Position numbers and translations under genes: made by a program. The notes beneath the pieces were generated by a model that made no database searches, was not told the DNA's origin, and saw nothing but the letters and a program-made list of their open reading frames with translations. A stretch of 64,000 bases of DNA from Octopus vulgaris. Lineage: Eukaryota. Below, one piece after another: positions 25,563 to 39,119 of the stretch. The stretch spans positions 124,000,001 to 124,064,000 of the forward strand of contig OX597820.1 in the NCBI GenBank assembly GCA_951406725.2, given 5' to 3'. Each line of letters opens with the position of its first letter. Within the stretch, counting starts at the first letter, position 1.

Positions 25563-27731
25563 CTGGGAAAATATAAAATAGAAGTCACTGCAGCACCAAC
25601 GGCAGAAGAATTGGAAGAATTCTGGAGAGAAATATGGTCGGCGAACGAACCACCAAAAAAAGGAGTATCAAAATAACAAACTCGGCATCTGAACAACTTT
25701 GGACCCCCATAACAACTGAAGAGGTCACCCAGGCACTGCAAAGACTAAGCAACTGGAAGGCACCTGGGCATGACAAGATCCCCAACTTCTGGTTGAAATA
25801 TCTAACAGGAATGCACAAAAAGCTGGCTGAAAACTTTAACAACGTACTAGCAGAGCCAGAGACAATGCCTGAATGGCTCACGAAGGGGAAAACCATCTTA
25901 ATTCCAAAATCAAATGAAACAGAAAAACCAGAAAACTACAGACCAATAACCTGCCTCCCTACTATGTTCAAGGCATTTACTGCGGTGATATCACAAAGGC
26001 TGAACAAGCACCTGGACGAAAACAAACTGTTCCAAGAAGAGGAGAAAGGATGCCGCAAAGGCTCATACGGCTGTAATGATCAACTAATGATTAATAAAGC
26101 CATAACTGAAGACAGCCACAGAAAGAAGAAAGGCCTCAGTATGGCCTGGATTGACTACAAAAAGGCGTTTCATAGCATCCCCCACACATGGATCCTCGAA
26201 ACACTAGTCATTAACAAAGTAGCACCAACAATCATAAAATTCATAGAGCACTCTATGAATAAATGGCAAACAGTCCTACACCTCCAAACAAAAGAGGGAC
26301 TCATGAAAACCAAAGACATCCCCATTAGAAGAGGAATATTCCAGGGAGACACGCTCTCTCCACTCCTGTTCTGCTTGGCACTGTCACCTCTATCTGATAT
26401 GCTAAATAGAACTGGATGCGGATATAAATGTTACGGCAAAACGATCAGCCACCTTTTATATATGGATGACCTAAAACTATACGCTGCAAATGACAAACAG
26501 CTGGAAACACTATTAAAGACAGTTCATGGATTCACCAAAGAAATAGATATGAAATTTAGATTAGAAAAATGCGCCAAAGTAACCATGAAAATAGGAAAAC
26601 TAGTTAAGAGTAACAACATCACACTAGATAACACCAATGAAATAAAAGAATTAGACCAAAGCCAAACTTACAAATACTTAGGAATCCATTAACTAGATAA
26701 GACACAACACACACAAATGAAAGAGAAAATAAAAAAAGAATATTATAGACGAGTTAGATCAATACTAAACACAGAGCTCAATGCTAAAAACAAGATAATA
26801 GGTATCAACACTTTAGCTGTCCCAGTTATAAGTTACAGCTACAATATCCTTAACTGGACACGAAATGAACTGACCAAAATAGATAGGAAAACAAGAAAAA
26901 TAATGACAGGATCTAGGATGCATCACCCAAAATCTGACATAGAAAAACTATATATACAACGTATAGAAGGTGGTAGAGGCCTTATACAGCTGGAAAACTA
27001 CTATAAAATAACCACCATAGGACTGCAAAAATATCTACTTCAGAAGGAAGGAAAACTGATCCAGATAGCGGCAAAACACGAGCAAAACAAAAAACTGTTC
27101 TCAGTATTTAAGGAAGCTGACAAATACAAACAAGAAATCATACCACCTAATAAACATGAAGAAGAAGAAGAAGATGAAGAAACAACAAAAGCTATAAAAC
27201 AAATGAAATCCAAACTAAAAATAGAACAGCAACGAACCATGATAAAACGATGGCAAGAAAAGCCCCTTCATGGTAAATACTGGACTAAACTAAACGCAAA
27301 AGAAATAGACAAAGAAAAATCCCAGCAATGGTTGAGAAGCTCAGGACTCAAAACAGAAACAGAGGGATTTTTAATTGCAGCACAAGACCAAAGCCTCCCC
27401 ACCAGAAATTACCAAAAACATGTAATGAAAAGAAATATTACAAGTAACTGCAGAATATGTGGAGATGGACAAGAAACAATAAATCATATTATCTCTAGCT
27501 GCCCAGTCCTAGCTAAGAAGGAATATATTCACAGACATGACAGAGTTGGAACCTACATACATTGGAAGCTATGCCAACATTATGGAATAACAACAGAAAA
27601 AAGATGGTATAGGCACACACCAGAAAATGTCACAGAAAACGAGAAAGCAACCATACTCTGGGATATGCCGATACACACAGATAGAGAAATTAAGGCCAAC
27701 AGACCAGATATAGTTGTCAGAGACCATGAAG
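25563..27731 (+). mobile_element. R4/Dong-clade LINE (subfamily 1): RT, CCHC and start of RLE; truncated at both ends
   Basis: NWKAPGHD, NYRPITCL, WIDYKKAF, GIFQGDTLSPLLF, HLLYMDDLKL, YKYLGI; stop at 26690-26692; CRIC...HIISSC, HRHDRV, RPDIVV. Confidence 0.95.
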
Positions 27732-28538
27732 ACCGTGCACATCTGGAATGATATTTTTTTCATAAAATGTATGCCTTTATAATTATCATTTCTTATAAAC
27801 CTCCGAAACGTCATGAATGAGTTCAATAGATAATTTTCCCAAATTTGACTACTTCTTGTTTTTTTTTAATATATAAAATCTGTACACCACTTTAAAAAAT
27901 CTGCATGCACACACACACCGCGTGAGGTCACGTATATTTTATTGTCTTTAAGAAGAGCAATTATGCAAACTGGCACATGGGTATAATGCTAGTTCTCAGA
28001 CGAACTCAAAGCAGACCATTAAGAATAAGCAGACCATGTCATTCATTAGTTCACGAACAGCGACAAAAGAACTCCGACGAAGAAACGTCGATTGATTGTT
28101 CAATCAACACATTAGCCAATGCATTCAATAGTTAGTTGGTAAAAGAAATAAGTGATATTGAACTAGTGCATGCATTTATTAAAATTTTTATTGACAGAAT
28201 GGCCATCTCTAGTCAACGCAAGATATATATATACAAAAGCAGTGACAGATATGTTTTAACAGCTCGTGTACACTGTAGATTTTCGAAAGAAATGCGATTC
28301 TATTTTACAAAATGTAAATGTAATTTCCCTTTGTACGTTCCATTTTTAAGTAACGTTGAGTAAATATATAAAGAAAAAAACAATGTATGTTTATACATTT
28401 TGCTAATGCATGACTGTTTAGTATCTTGATCGTTTCAACATGAAATACATTGGTATTCTCAATGACTGTAAATAACATTTTTTAAATCTCAGTTTGAATA
28501 TTTAAAACAGCAATACGAGGGTAAGAAAAAAATCTTTA

Positions 28539-28938
28539 GCAGGAGTGGCTGTGTGGTAAGTAGCTTGCTTACCAACCACATGGTTCCGGGTTCAGTCCCA
28601 CTGCGTGGCATCTTGGGCAAGTGTCTTCTACTATAGCCCCGGGCCGACCAATGCCTTGTGAGTGGATTTGGTAGACGGAAACTGAAAGAAGCCCGTCGTA
28701 TATATATATATATATTTATATGCGTGTGTGTGTTTGTCCCCCAAGCATTGCTTGACAACCGATGCTGGTGTGTTTATGTCCCCGTTACTTAGCGGTTCGA
28801 CAAAAGAGACCGATAGAATAAGTACTGGGCTCACAAAAGAATAAGTCCCGGGGTCGAGTTGCTCGATCAAAGGCGGTGCTCCTTCATGGCCGCAGTCAAA
28901 TGACTGAAACAAGTACAAGAGTAAAAGAGTAAAAGAGT
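28539..28938 (+). mobile_element. SINE family A, full length, with internal (TA)/(TG) tract
   Basis: GGAGTGGCTGTGTGGTAAG...GGTTCAGTCCC head and (GTAAAAGA)n-like tail; near-identical to 52074-52504 and 60256-60649. Confidence 0.9.
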
Positions 28939-30909
28939 GGCGTACATTTTTCATGTAAGTAGCTATCGGTGTTCCATCGACCCGAATTTATAATGTTATT
29001 GTACATAAAATTTAATTTCTTATGTCAGGCTTCTAAACAGTATGCATCTATCACTTGCCATACTTCATGATGGCGTAAAAGTAAGCGTACGCAAATCTCT
29101 GTTTAAAGAACTGTAAAAAAGAAGCTTATTACATATAGATAGGATTCGCACTTATCATGTTCAGTGATATCATGTATACACGTCTCGGATATAGTTCTGG
29201 TGATAAGCAAGTCTCTCAACAATTATGGTAACAGTGGTTCGAGACTTAGGGTTTGAATGTCATAAATCACACATCATTTTAACAAATATATTCAATGTGG
29301 TCAAACGTACCAGGTTGAGTCAACTGGTTTTTAATATTTCAAGTGTTAATTAATTCTTCAAACAAATTACATACGTAAAGATACTACTCATCAAAATATA
29401 TCCCATCTTATTTTTTCTCCCTCGTCATTATACTTAACACTTAGACAGTTGAAAGTATTTATGTAAGTTGTAAATTCAGAATGTTAATTTTAATAATACT
29501 TTTCAAGCAATTTAAAATGAATATCAAATTCAATGTGCAATAATATAATTTTAATACTGGTATTAAATCACGTTGTTTTTAGTTTTTTAGGTGTGGGTGT
29601 TACTTTATGAGTATTATAAAAGTCATAACTCACAACGGTTGTTAAATGTTAGCAAGTTTCTTTAAAGCAATTGTGTTGATAATATATGTATTGGCATGGG
29701 TGTAATACACAAATTATCTTCAATTAGTGACCAACTTTTGCCGTTTTTGGCATGAATAACCTAAAGTGCAGTATAGAATTACTTTGTTTTGGAACGCGTT
29801 ACTATCACTGTAAAAAAAGACGTAGTAAACCCATGAGACATTTAAATTTTTGAGGGCAATTTTTATTAATTTCAGCTGAAGTATTTTGCTACATAAAATA
29901 AATTAGCAAATACATTTTATACAATAAATATAATTTTAATATTGAGTTAGAAGTATTTTAAGTGCATACTTGACTAATGATAGTAATAAAATAAGCAGCG
30001 ACATTAAGGGAGTCTTGCAGTGGTTATGAATAAGCAGGAGTACTTATAATCGCTTGAGACATTTCCTTAGTACGTATTTCATCATCCTCGTGAGAATACA
30101 AGGCAATGACTTACCGTTCAAATCGTGATCTCATTGAAGAGAAGGGTGAAATAAAGTACTATAAAATATAACTGCTCCAATCTACTGGTTTCGAGAGTCC
30201 GCTATTTGCAAACCATTCATCGTAGCACATACATACCTTTCATAACTTGTAGTAAATAGATATATAGATTTAAACAATACACATAAGTGTTTGATTAATA
30301 TGCTTTTATCGTGTTTAATAATGCATTTCATTTATCGCTTAACCGCTAGTTAAAGTGTAATACGAAGTATCATCATTTGATATTCAACAGTAAGATTGCA
30401 TGTAAGAGTAACTCATGTTTTGATTATCATGTGTTCTAAATAATAAATATGATTATGGACATATGACATCCTTTGATAGAAACTATTTGCGAGTGGTATG
30501 CCCCAAAGATATATAAACATGAAACGCAATAGCCAGACACAAAGAAAATAAAAGTGTGTCCGATAATATATCGTGTGTGGGATATGAACTCCAATTATCA
30601 AAGACAACATTATTAAATACAATACAACAAAGTGATATTAGCGGTTTCGTGAAATCTGAAATATTCCAGGTAAGTTCATTGATCTCAAGCATGTAATAGT
30701 ATAATAGACACGCAAAGGAACAGACGATTGCTTATGAATAAATACATATTTATACTTATGAAGTGAGTTGCTAACCACTAAGACACTTTAAAACTCTGGC
30801 AGCATACAGTTGAGTGATAGTAGAGATGAAAACGAAAATTAAGTGTAAGATATTCATAGAGCTTACACAATATAGTCAAAACTATTTTCGGAGAGATTGT
30901 ACAATTTAT

Positions 30910-31001
<92 letters not shown>

Positions 31002-31382
31002 AAGAAGGTTTGAAAAAGCAATTTTAAAAACTGTTTATTTACTACTTTCAAAAATGTTTACAGCTTAAACTGACCTGGTTCACCATGTTATCGTAAAAGA
31101 CTATTTTAGTCTTTTGTGACCAATATTTTGATGAACTTGTTAAACTTTTTTTATATTTTTCCAAGATTTTCCTTTGTAAACTGTTCTTAACATGGTCTTG
31201 TTATCAAAGAATGTATATAAGTATTGTAGCATTTTGTGACAAACAGTAACTAACACAATCAAGCGTTTACATTTTACTTTTGACCATTTTTTTCTAAAAA
31301 AGTGAAACCGGTAAAACAAATAAACATCTTTTAAAATAGCATTTTCAAACCTGCTTTCATATATAATTCCATTCGTGCGGTA

Positions 31383-31440
<58 letters not shown>

Positions 31441-31520
31441 CAATAAGATTAGTTCGTATACGAGTGGGTATATATTTGTAAAAAATGAAGTTTGAAAATG
31501 CTGCTATATTAGACAAATTT

Positions 31521-31568
31521 TAATTTAACATGTTTCGGTTCTTGAAATGTCGAACCTTATCAAAAAAT
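31521..31568 (-). ncRNA. Degenerate minimal hammerhead ribozyme
   Basis: UUU-UUGAUAA-GGUUC(10 nt)GAACC-GAAAC AU GUU-AAA. Perfect 5-bp helix II, palindromic ACAUGU helix III, two core substitutions. Confidence 0.55.
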
Positions 31569-31897
31569 ATTATATGTAATAAAGAGAGTCCATGCTATAT
31601 GTTTAAAGAGTATGATGTAATAGTTCATAATTGTGACATATATTCAATAGAGTCAAATATAAAAAAATCATGTTCTCGAAAAGGCGAGGAATTCATTTTA
31701 GATTTTACCTTGTGTTCCAATAGGAGCAACAGTAATGATATTTGGTCGGTGTCTGCTCGCATAATTTTGGTAATTTTTGTGATTGTTGGATTTATATCAG
31801 CTCAGCTAAGCTGTGGTCACTTGCACTTTTCACTGACGTCATATAGTTCCAAACCAATCAAAACTCAGTCTCAACGAATATAGTGAAAATACTCCTA

Positions 31898-32202
31898 ACT
31901 GTATCCTGTTAGGAAACCAACCAAGCGGAACGACAGTTTGGCCACGGAAGAAATGCGTCATCATTTTTTTGACGAATCGAAATTAGATCTGACCCATGAC
32001 TGTATCCTGTTAGGTGGCTAGTCCAGCAGAACGAGTAGTTTAACCACGGAAGAAAGACGTCATCAATGCTTTGACGAATCAGAATCGGGTCTGACCCATA
32101 GCTGTATCGTGTGAGGAAACCGACCAAGCATGGTGACAATAGCTTGACCACTGAGGTAATACGTCATCAATTTTTTCACGAATCAGGATTAGATCTGCTC
32201 AT
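31898..32202. repeat. Three diverged tandem copies of a ~101-102 bp unit
   Basis: Each unit starts CTGTATC(C/G)TGT and contains CGTCATCA...ACGAATC...TCTG...CAT. Confidence 0.9.
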
Positions 32203-32715
32203 AGAGAAAGAGATCTTTTTATAAATTTTTCCTTCCCTAAGACATATCACTGTCAGCGTGAGTGACTGTTTAAGGATCTGAGAAATTGTAATTCGCCCCA
32301 CCTCCATTATTATAATTCTCTCACTGTGGCCGTAGCAACAGTGACCACGGTGGTTGTAGTAGTAGTGCGAGTTGGGGCAGTCGTAGTTGTTGTGGTAGAA
32401 TTTCGTTTCTCTTTATCGGAGGACCAAAGTTTTGTTTTAATATTCCTGGCCCAGGGTGTTCAAACTTGGTCTAAATTTTTTTTTATGAAATAAAGTTCTT
32501 TATTTTGGCGTTGCGTGAAGGTTACGCTGTCACTTAAATTATAAAGTGGGTAAGTTGTAAACTTCGGATTTACATTTGCAGCACATCTATCTATGTGTCC
32601 GCTGACCGGTATTTTCCGTTATTCAGGGTTTCTAATTTGTGATTTATGCACCGCCATCCTGTTACGAAAGCTATATTTTGTATGGCCTATATACTGCCTA
32701 TATATATATATATAT

Positions 32716-32897
32716 AGTCAATCCAAACATGAACAAGCAAGGAAAGAAATCAACAACTCCAGGGCGTGGAATAAGTACAGTGTTCTTGGACGCTCAGAAA
32801 AGCAAAAAGATAGCGGATTTCACATTTCGAACGGAGCTCTTCATCAGAAGTACAGAAAAAGTCAAAAGAAAGGAAGAGGGAGAAAGGAAATCGCCAA
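32716..32897 (-). mobile_element. PLE terminal-repeat fragment with HHR-like motif at 32818-32850
   Basis: Minus: CUGAUGA-A-GAGC UCC GUUC-GAAAU GUG; homologous to 33150-33300 in the opposite orientation. Confidence 0.6.
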
Positions 32898-32910
32898 TAT
32901 ATATATATAT

Positions 32911-33294
32911 TCCCACGCCCGTCTCCGCGGGACCACTCTTCCATCTTCCCCTCCGCTGGAGTCCTTTTCCTAACCCCCACCCTTTTTTTTAACACATATA
33001 TAGACCTCGCCTCATACATGTTGCGTTACAACCTTGTCTCCACTCTTTTGCCTTTAAAACCCACTTTGCTCTTGTTATCGTAAACATCCGCTTTCACCAT
33101 GTGCTACTCCTAACACCAGCCGTTTTTTCTATCTCCGTTGCCCGCTCCGGGATCTTTCTTTCCTCTCTCTTCCTTCTTTATGTTTCGACGAAGAGCTCCG
33201 CTCGAAACGTCATACCTCCCTGCTTCCATTTCTGAGCGCCTATATATAATACTGTAATTGTTCCATTGTTGTTGTTTTGTTTCCCGTTTGGATT

Positions 33295-33300
<6 letters not shown>
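32911..33300 (+). mobile_element. PLE terminal fragment with HHR-like motif at 33185-33211
   Basis: UCGACGA-A-GAGC UCC GCUC-GAAAC GUC; ends TTTGGATT before (TA)n, as does the 32716 copy. Confidence 0.6.
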
Positions 33301-33341
<41 letters not shown>

Positions 33342-33432
33342 TATACATGCACACACACATATATATATATATATATATGCACACACACATATATGCATAC
33401 ATACGTACATAAATATATATATTGCTTTATTA

Positions 33433-33806
33433 TTTTATTCTTTTATTGTTTCTGTCACTTGACTGTGGCCATGCTGACCCACGCGTTTACTCGAACAAAT
33501 CAAACCCAGGACTCCTTTGTAAGACAAGTAATTATTGAATCAGCCTCTTGTGCCGAAACGCTAAGTTACTGGGACGTAAACACACTAACATCGATTGCAA
33601 AGCGATGGTGTGGGAGGCAAAAATGACAGACACACACAAACAAATATATACATGTATGGGCGTCTTTCAGTTTCTGTCTACCAAAGGGCTATGGTCGGGC
33701 CGAAATATGGCAGAAGACAGTTGCCAATGGTGCCACGCAGAGGGACACAACCTGGTACAATGTGGTTGAGAAGCAAGCATTTTACCACGGAGCCACGACT
33801 GCGCCT
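33433..33806 (-). mobile_element. SINE family A, diverged copy
   Basis: Reverse complement is collinear with 28539-28938. Confidence 0.8.
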
Positions 33807-34724
33807 AAATATGTTGTAACGGATCTCCCTGTTTGTATTCGTTTGGTTTGGTTCATTGTATGTCCTGTTTTTGCTACTAACTTTGATTCTCCGCAAATCC
33901 CAAATTTTCGTTTGGTTCGCAGGAGCAACTGCCTTCAAAGTCTTCTCTTGTCGTCCATTGCTCGACGTAAGGAGTAGCAGGATAGCTGGAAACTACAGAA
34001 AAGAGTCATTTTTATCTTACTTGTCTTGTTTTTCATTAGTTCCACTCGTTCTTTGCGTACCCAACGTTATTTCCGTATTTCACGTAGTTAAAGTTTTGTG
34101 ACATCCTGTACCCATATATGTATACCTATATTCATACATATGTATGTACATATGTGTGTATATATGCATATATATTATTTATATTATATATATATATACA
34201 TCTTTTATGAGGCTTGATAGTAGGTAATGTCAGTCCTAAAAGCATATTTGATATTTTTTTATATCATAATGCAAGATTTTAAATTAAAGTGAAGACTACG
34301 CAATACATTTGGTAGAGAACAAAAGAAATATTCTTTAACAAGGACAGAAATGACAGTGTCTTCGATGTCTCCAACAGTTAATCCGTCATAAATATGTGCG
34401 TGTGTAAACATGTATGTGTATGCGTATGTATTGTGTGTGTGTGTGTGTGTATGTGTGATGGTGCATGGAAAGCACTTCATCATATCTCATGTGAATGATA
34501 ACAAACGCATACTGTTGTAGAACTAAATGCAATCCTAAATGCAATCCATAAGTAACATTTATAAAGAAACAGGCAAATCTATTTTCACACTTGAAGCACA
34601 ATGGCATTTTGACAAGTAAATTATACACTGACAACAATCTCAATACACCGGAATTTGTTTTTGAGGAAACCAAGTATATTTTGTAGCATTACTGGTTTGT
34701 GCTACAAACATACACGCATACCGA

Positions 34725-35310
34725 ACCTACCTACCTACCTACTTACCTACCTACTTAACTACCAACCAACCATACAAACAATCACCCAACCTACTTACCT
34801 ACCTATTTCTTCACTACCCACAAGGGGCTAAACACAGAGAGGACAAACAAGGACAGACAAACGGATTAAGACGATTATATCGACCCCAGTGCGTAACTGG
34901 TACTTATTTAATCTACCCCGAAAGGATGAAAGTCGACCACAGTGGAATTTGAAGTCAGAACCTAGCGGCAGACGAAATACTGCTAAGCATTTTGCCCGGC
35001 TTGCTAACGTTCCTTCCAGCTTACCGCCTGCCTACCTACCTACCTACCTACCTACCTACCTATCTACCTACCTACCTATCTACGTACCTACCCACCTACC
35101 AACCTACCTACCTGCATACCTACCTACCTATCTTCCTACCTACCTACCTTCCTACCTACCTACTTACCTACCTACCTACCAACCTACCTACCTACCTACC
35201 TACCTACCTACCTACCTACCTACCTACCTGCTTACCTACGTACCTACCTACCTACCTTCCTACCTACCTACCTGCTTACCTACCTACGTAACTAACTACC
35301 TATCTACCTA
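34725..35310. repeat. (CCTA)n microsatellite interrupted by a SINE
   Basis: Read directly. Confidence 0.9.
34804..35029 (-). mobile_element. SINE family B
   Basis: Reverse complement of 39120-39343, including the TTTAGCCCCTTGTGGGTAG tail. Confidence 0.85.
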
Positions 35311-35445
35311 AAAAAATTTTCATCTGAGAATAAAGCATGAAAAACAAAGAAAATAAATGTTTTAAAAAATATCTCTATAGATTTCAAATGCATGGGCCAT
35401 TTCCCTTTTTTTCTGTCTGTCTTTTTTTACGCTTGTGAACTCTTG

Positions 35446-35452
35446 GTAGTAG

Positions 35453-35510
<58 letters not shown>

Positions 35511-35672
35511 CAGCAGCAGCAGAATATTTTGATATAATTTCTTGGTTTTGATTGTTTAATCAGCAGTAGCCGAGGAAGGAGGCGGCAGCGGCGAAGAAGA
35601 CGGAGAAGAAGAAGAAGAAGAAGAAGAAGAAGAAGAAGAAGAAGAAGAAGAAGAAGAAGAAGAAGAAGAAGA
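35446..35672. repeat. (GTA)n and (GAA)n microsatellites
   Basis: Read directly. Confidence 0.9.
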
Positions 35673-36326
35673 TGTAGGGAAAGAAGAGACTGAGTAAGAA
35701 AAATATTGGAGTGGTATGACAGTAGTAGGATGTTGGTGGAATCCTTTTAAATGGTCAAGTGACCAAAAAGTGACCTGTTGTGGTTGTAAGAGTAATGATT
35801 GGAATTGTTCTGAATAATTTCATGGGTAGTAACTGTTCTGAATATATCGTTTTTAATATTTTTGTGGGTATTATTCTAAGGCCCTTGTAGTAGTGTCATG
35901 TGAGGTGGACCCCTTTTAGAAAGAGGATTCTTTGCTGATGCGTTGACTGTGCAAGTTAATACATGCTCAGGCTATCGAGAGCAATGCATAGGCGAAACCA
36001 AAAACAGTCTACAGAAAAATAGCATTTAGCGAACACATTGATATTTGCTCCACTAACGAACAACTCAGTTTCAGAATTTTCCCCCTCTATAAATTCAGAG
36101 TCGATGCAACCTGTAATCAGCGCATTAGCAAAGAGTCATAATATATCACAAAATATAAACCCCTTTTGAATGCGTTCACCACAGATGATACTACTACAAA
36201 GACTTAGAATAATACCCACACAAATATTAAAAACGATATATTCAGTCACTACCCATGAATTTAATCAGAATTCCAATCACCACTATTACAACCACCACAG
36301 GTCACGTGTATGTGTGTGTGTATGTA

Positions 36327-36398
<72 letters not shown>

Positions 36399-36402
<4 letters not shown>

Positions 36403-36520
36403 CCTGCTCGCTTGGCCAGCGGGGTGGCGTCACTTGAAGGCTAAAACAATGCGAAGCACATTGTGACCAGCGATGTGTAACAACATCTGATAGCCTGGTC
36501 GGTCACGGTGATCACGGTGA
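36399..36520 (+). mobile_element. SINE family D, 3' fragment inside (TA)n
   Basis: GGCCTGCTCGCTT...GGTCGGTCAC matches the reverse complement of 43044-43156. Confidence 0.8.
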
Positions 36521-36650
36521 TATATATATATATATGTATCTCTATATATATATGCATATAAATACATGTATATATACATTTATACGTATATATTTTTACA
36601 TAATATATATGCATATATGTTATTTAGATATGTATATATTTTATACCTAA

Positions 36651-36715
<65 letters not shown>

Positions 36716-39119
36716 CATTACCTATCTACCTATCTCTCAATCTACCTACCTACCTACCTACCTACCTACCTACCTACCTGCCTACCTATTTATTTATATA
36801 AATTATCTGTCTCTTTCATGTAATGTATTATTCCTCTAATTTTTTTTTATCTCTTGAATATTTTTATCGAATGCTTCGCCCATCTACTGTCTTAGATGAA
36901 TGTCAAGAAAATTAGACGTTAAAAAAGAAATAACCGTTTTATTTATCTGTCAAGATTCTGTATCATTATGTCTCTTTAAATATCTGAACATTTCTACGTT
37001 GTATCGGTTCTTTTTCTCATTGGCTGAAAATCTTTCTAATTTTAATTACTATTCGAATTCCTGGTGATATCTTGCTTTTTTACAATTCATGAATTTCTTT
37101 TCTTTACGCTTGTTTGAATTTCTCATTATTTGCGTAATGTCACGTCTTTGTGTACCGCACTGTATTGAATTTACTCAATGTATATAGTCTTATGTTGAAA
37201 TACATTCCCAATAATAGCCTATTTATTTTAGTCGTAATTGTTTATTGTATCTGAGTCGTTTTTTCAGTTCTAAGATAGTCTGTTTAAGAAAAAATGTAAA
37301 TATTTCGTTGCAATAAAGAAACAAAAATATATGTATGTATGTATGCATGTATGTAAACACATACACACATACACACACATGCACAACTAGGGTGAAGTGG
37401 TTCGCATCTGTTACTTTGTAGTCTAAATTTTAAACTTTGTACTATTGTACAAATATTGGTCCGTGCTCTGTTTGTGTTAGTATTCACTAATTTGAGAAAA
37501 ACAACGTTTAGCTATGGTTCCAGCCTACATTTGCACAGAAAACAATCCCAATGGGTTTATTAAACGGTTAATTAAACAATGTACCAAATATTAAATATTT
37601 TCTGTAAAATTCATGATTGCTCACTCTTTATCCTATATTTCAAAAGTCGAAATATTTTTCTCCCACGTAGTATATTTTCTGAGTAAAATTGTATGTCACT
37701 TTACGTCTTTAATAATCATTTGTAACACGTATTTGTCAACCGTTACTATATGTTTTGCGAAAAGTGTAATTTAGAATATGTGTTCCATCTACGCTGGGAA
37801 ACTTAACCTTGACAATTTAAGTGTCTGATCATGAGAAATGTTGGTACATGTCTGAGAAATGTTGGTACACTTTATATATCGCTCTTTGTATTTTATTTTC
37901 TGATTCTTTATCTGTGATGTAATATTTATTGATTATGTAAATTCACTTCACCTTCAATCAAATATTTGTCGCCATAGAATGGCAAACACTGAAGTTTTTG
38001 GTAGCAATGTTAGTTGTTGAATGATAGTCAGGCCTCAAGAACGAGACTAAAAGTGCATCACAAGATCATGAAATCTATACTGGAAGCATTAATGATTCTA
38101 TAATATAACTAGATAATTCCAGTGTCAGTTCAAAGAGGGGACATTTAGTCGTTATCCGTAGGGATATTGACTCTAACAGCCATGGCTTTTGTATAGTCTA
38201 TATCTTGTAAATAACTTATTCAAATAAGGAACTAGAGTGAGCATAAAAAGGTGTCTGAGATTGGTGGTATGAGAATTTAGAGCGAATACTTACAGCAGAT
38301 AAACTATTCTAAATAAATATTTCCCATCTCTAGATTGCAGATCAAATTTGATTATAACTACCTGGTCATTTATCCCAGCTCCAACTCAATGCTATCCACT
38401 ATAATATTTCGTTCCACAATTCTTGAAAATTTTCTGAAGTGTCCTGTTATCAAATAAAGACGATTTCAAATTTTATCTCTGTAATATACTTGGATATTGT
38501 CAGTATGCTATCCCCTTACGTTTAATTCAATGATATTTTTACTTAAGCCACCGCCGCTATAGTTTCCACAGATGAATAACTATAACAGCATCTCCTTAAA
38601 ATATTAACAATTAATCAACTTACCATTGATTCAACTCGGTGCATTTCTAGTACGTGTCAACTAAGCAGTCTTTATCGAAATCTGTCCTACGAGCGTCTAG
38701 GTTCTCGATATCTCGATAACTGTTTTTAAAATAGCAGTCTGAAAGAAAACGCCGGATACATTGAATCAGGCTAACCTGGTACGGAATAGAAACGCGTAGT
38801 TCACGGATCAAACAGAACTCATCAATGTGAACACTCTTTTTGTTTGAAATAGCAAGCATATATTTGTGTAGTCATAATTATACAAAAAGAATTGATTACC
38901 GTAGCTGAAATGGTTGTATCCTTTGTTTTACTCAGTCACAAATGAATAAAACAAGTAAACCAACAAATAAAACAATAGCAACATCAAACAACAAAGGCAA
39001 GTAGTTATTACTTTAAAAGTTACTGAAGTGTGAATGGCAATAGAGAAACCGGAATTGGACCCTGAACAGTTTCATTCTGTCTTATATTAACTGTATTTCA
39101 GTAAAAGCATATATATCCG

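Larger units (their letters stand above)
31390..32695 (-). mobile_element. Penelope-like 3' fragment: GIY-YIG C-half plus long 3' region
   Basis: Minus translation from ~32696: QYIGHTKYSFRNRMAVHKSQIRNPE.RKIPVSGHIDRCA...RQNKELYFIKK/FRPSLN; downstream tandem repeats and a sense-strand HHR-like motif; flanked by (TA)n. Confidence 0.75.

Noticed and set aside
31275-31320. GAAACCGGTA hammerhead 3' half
   Set aside because: The CUGANGA box and helix II cannot be recovered.
31909-32151. 34-aa repeat protein (TPR-length) from the ~102-bp units
   Set aside because: No TPR or ankyrin consensus, the frame shifts between units, and it lies in a PLE 3' region.
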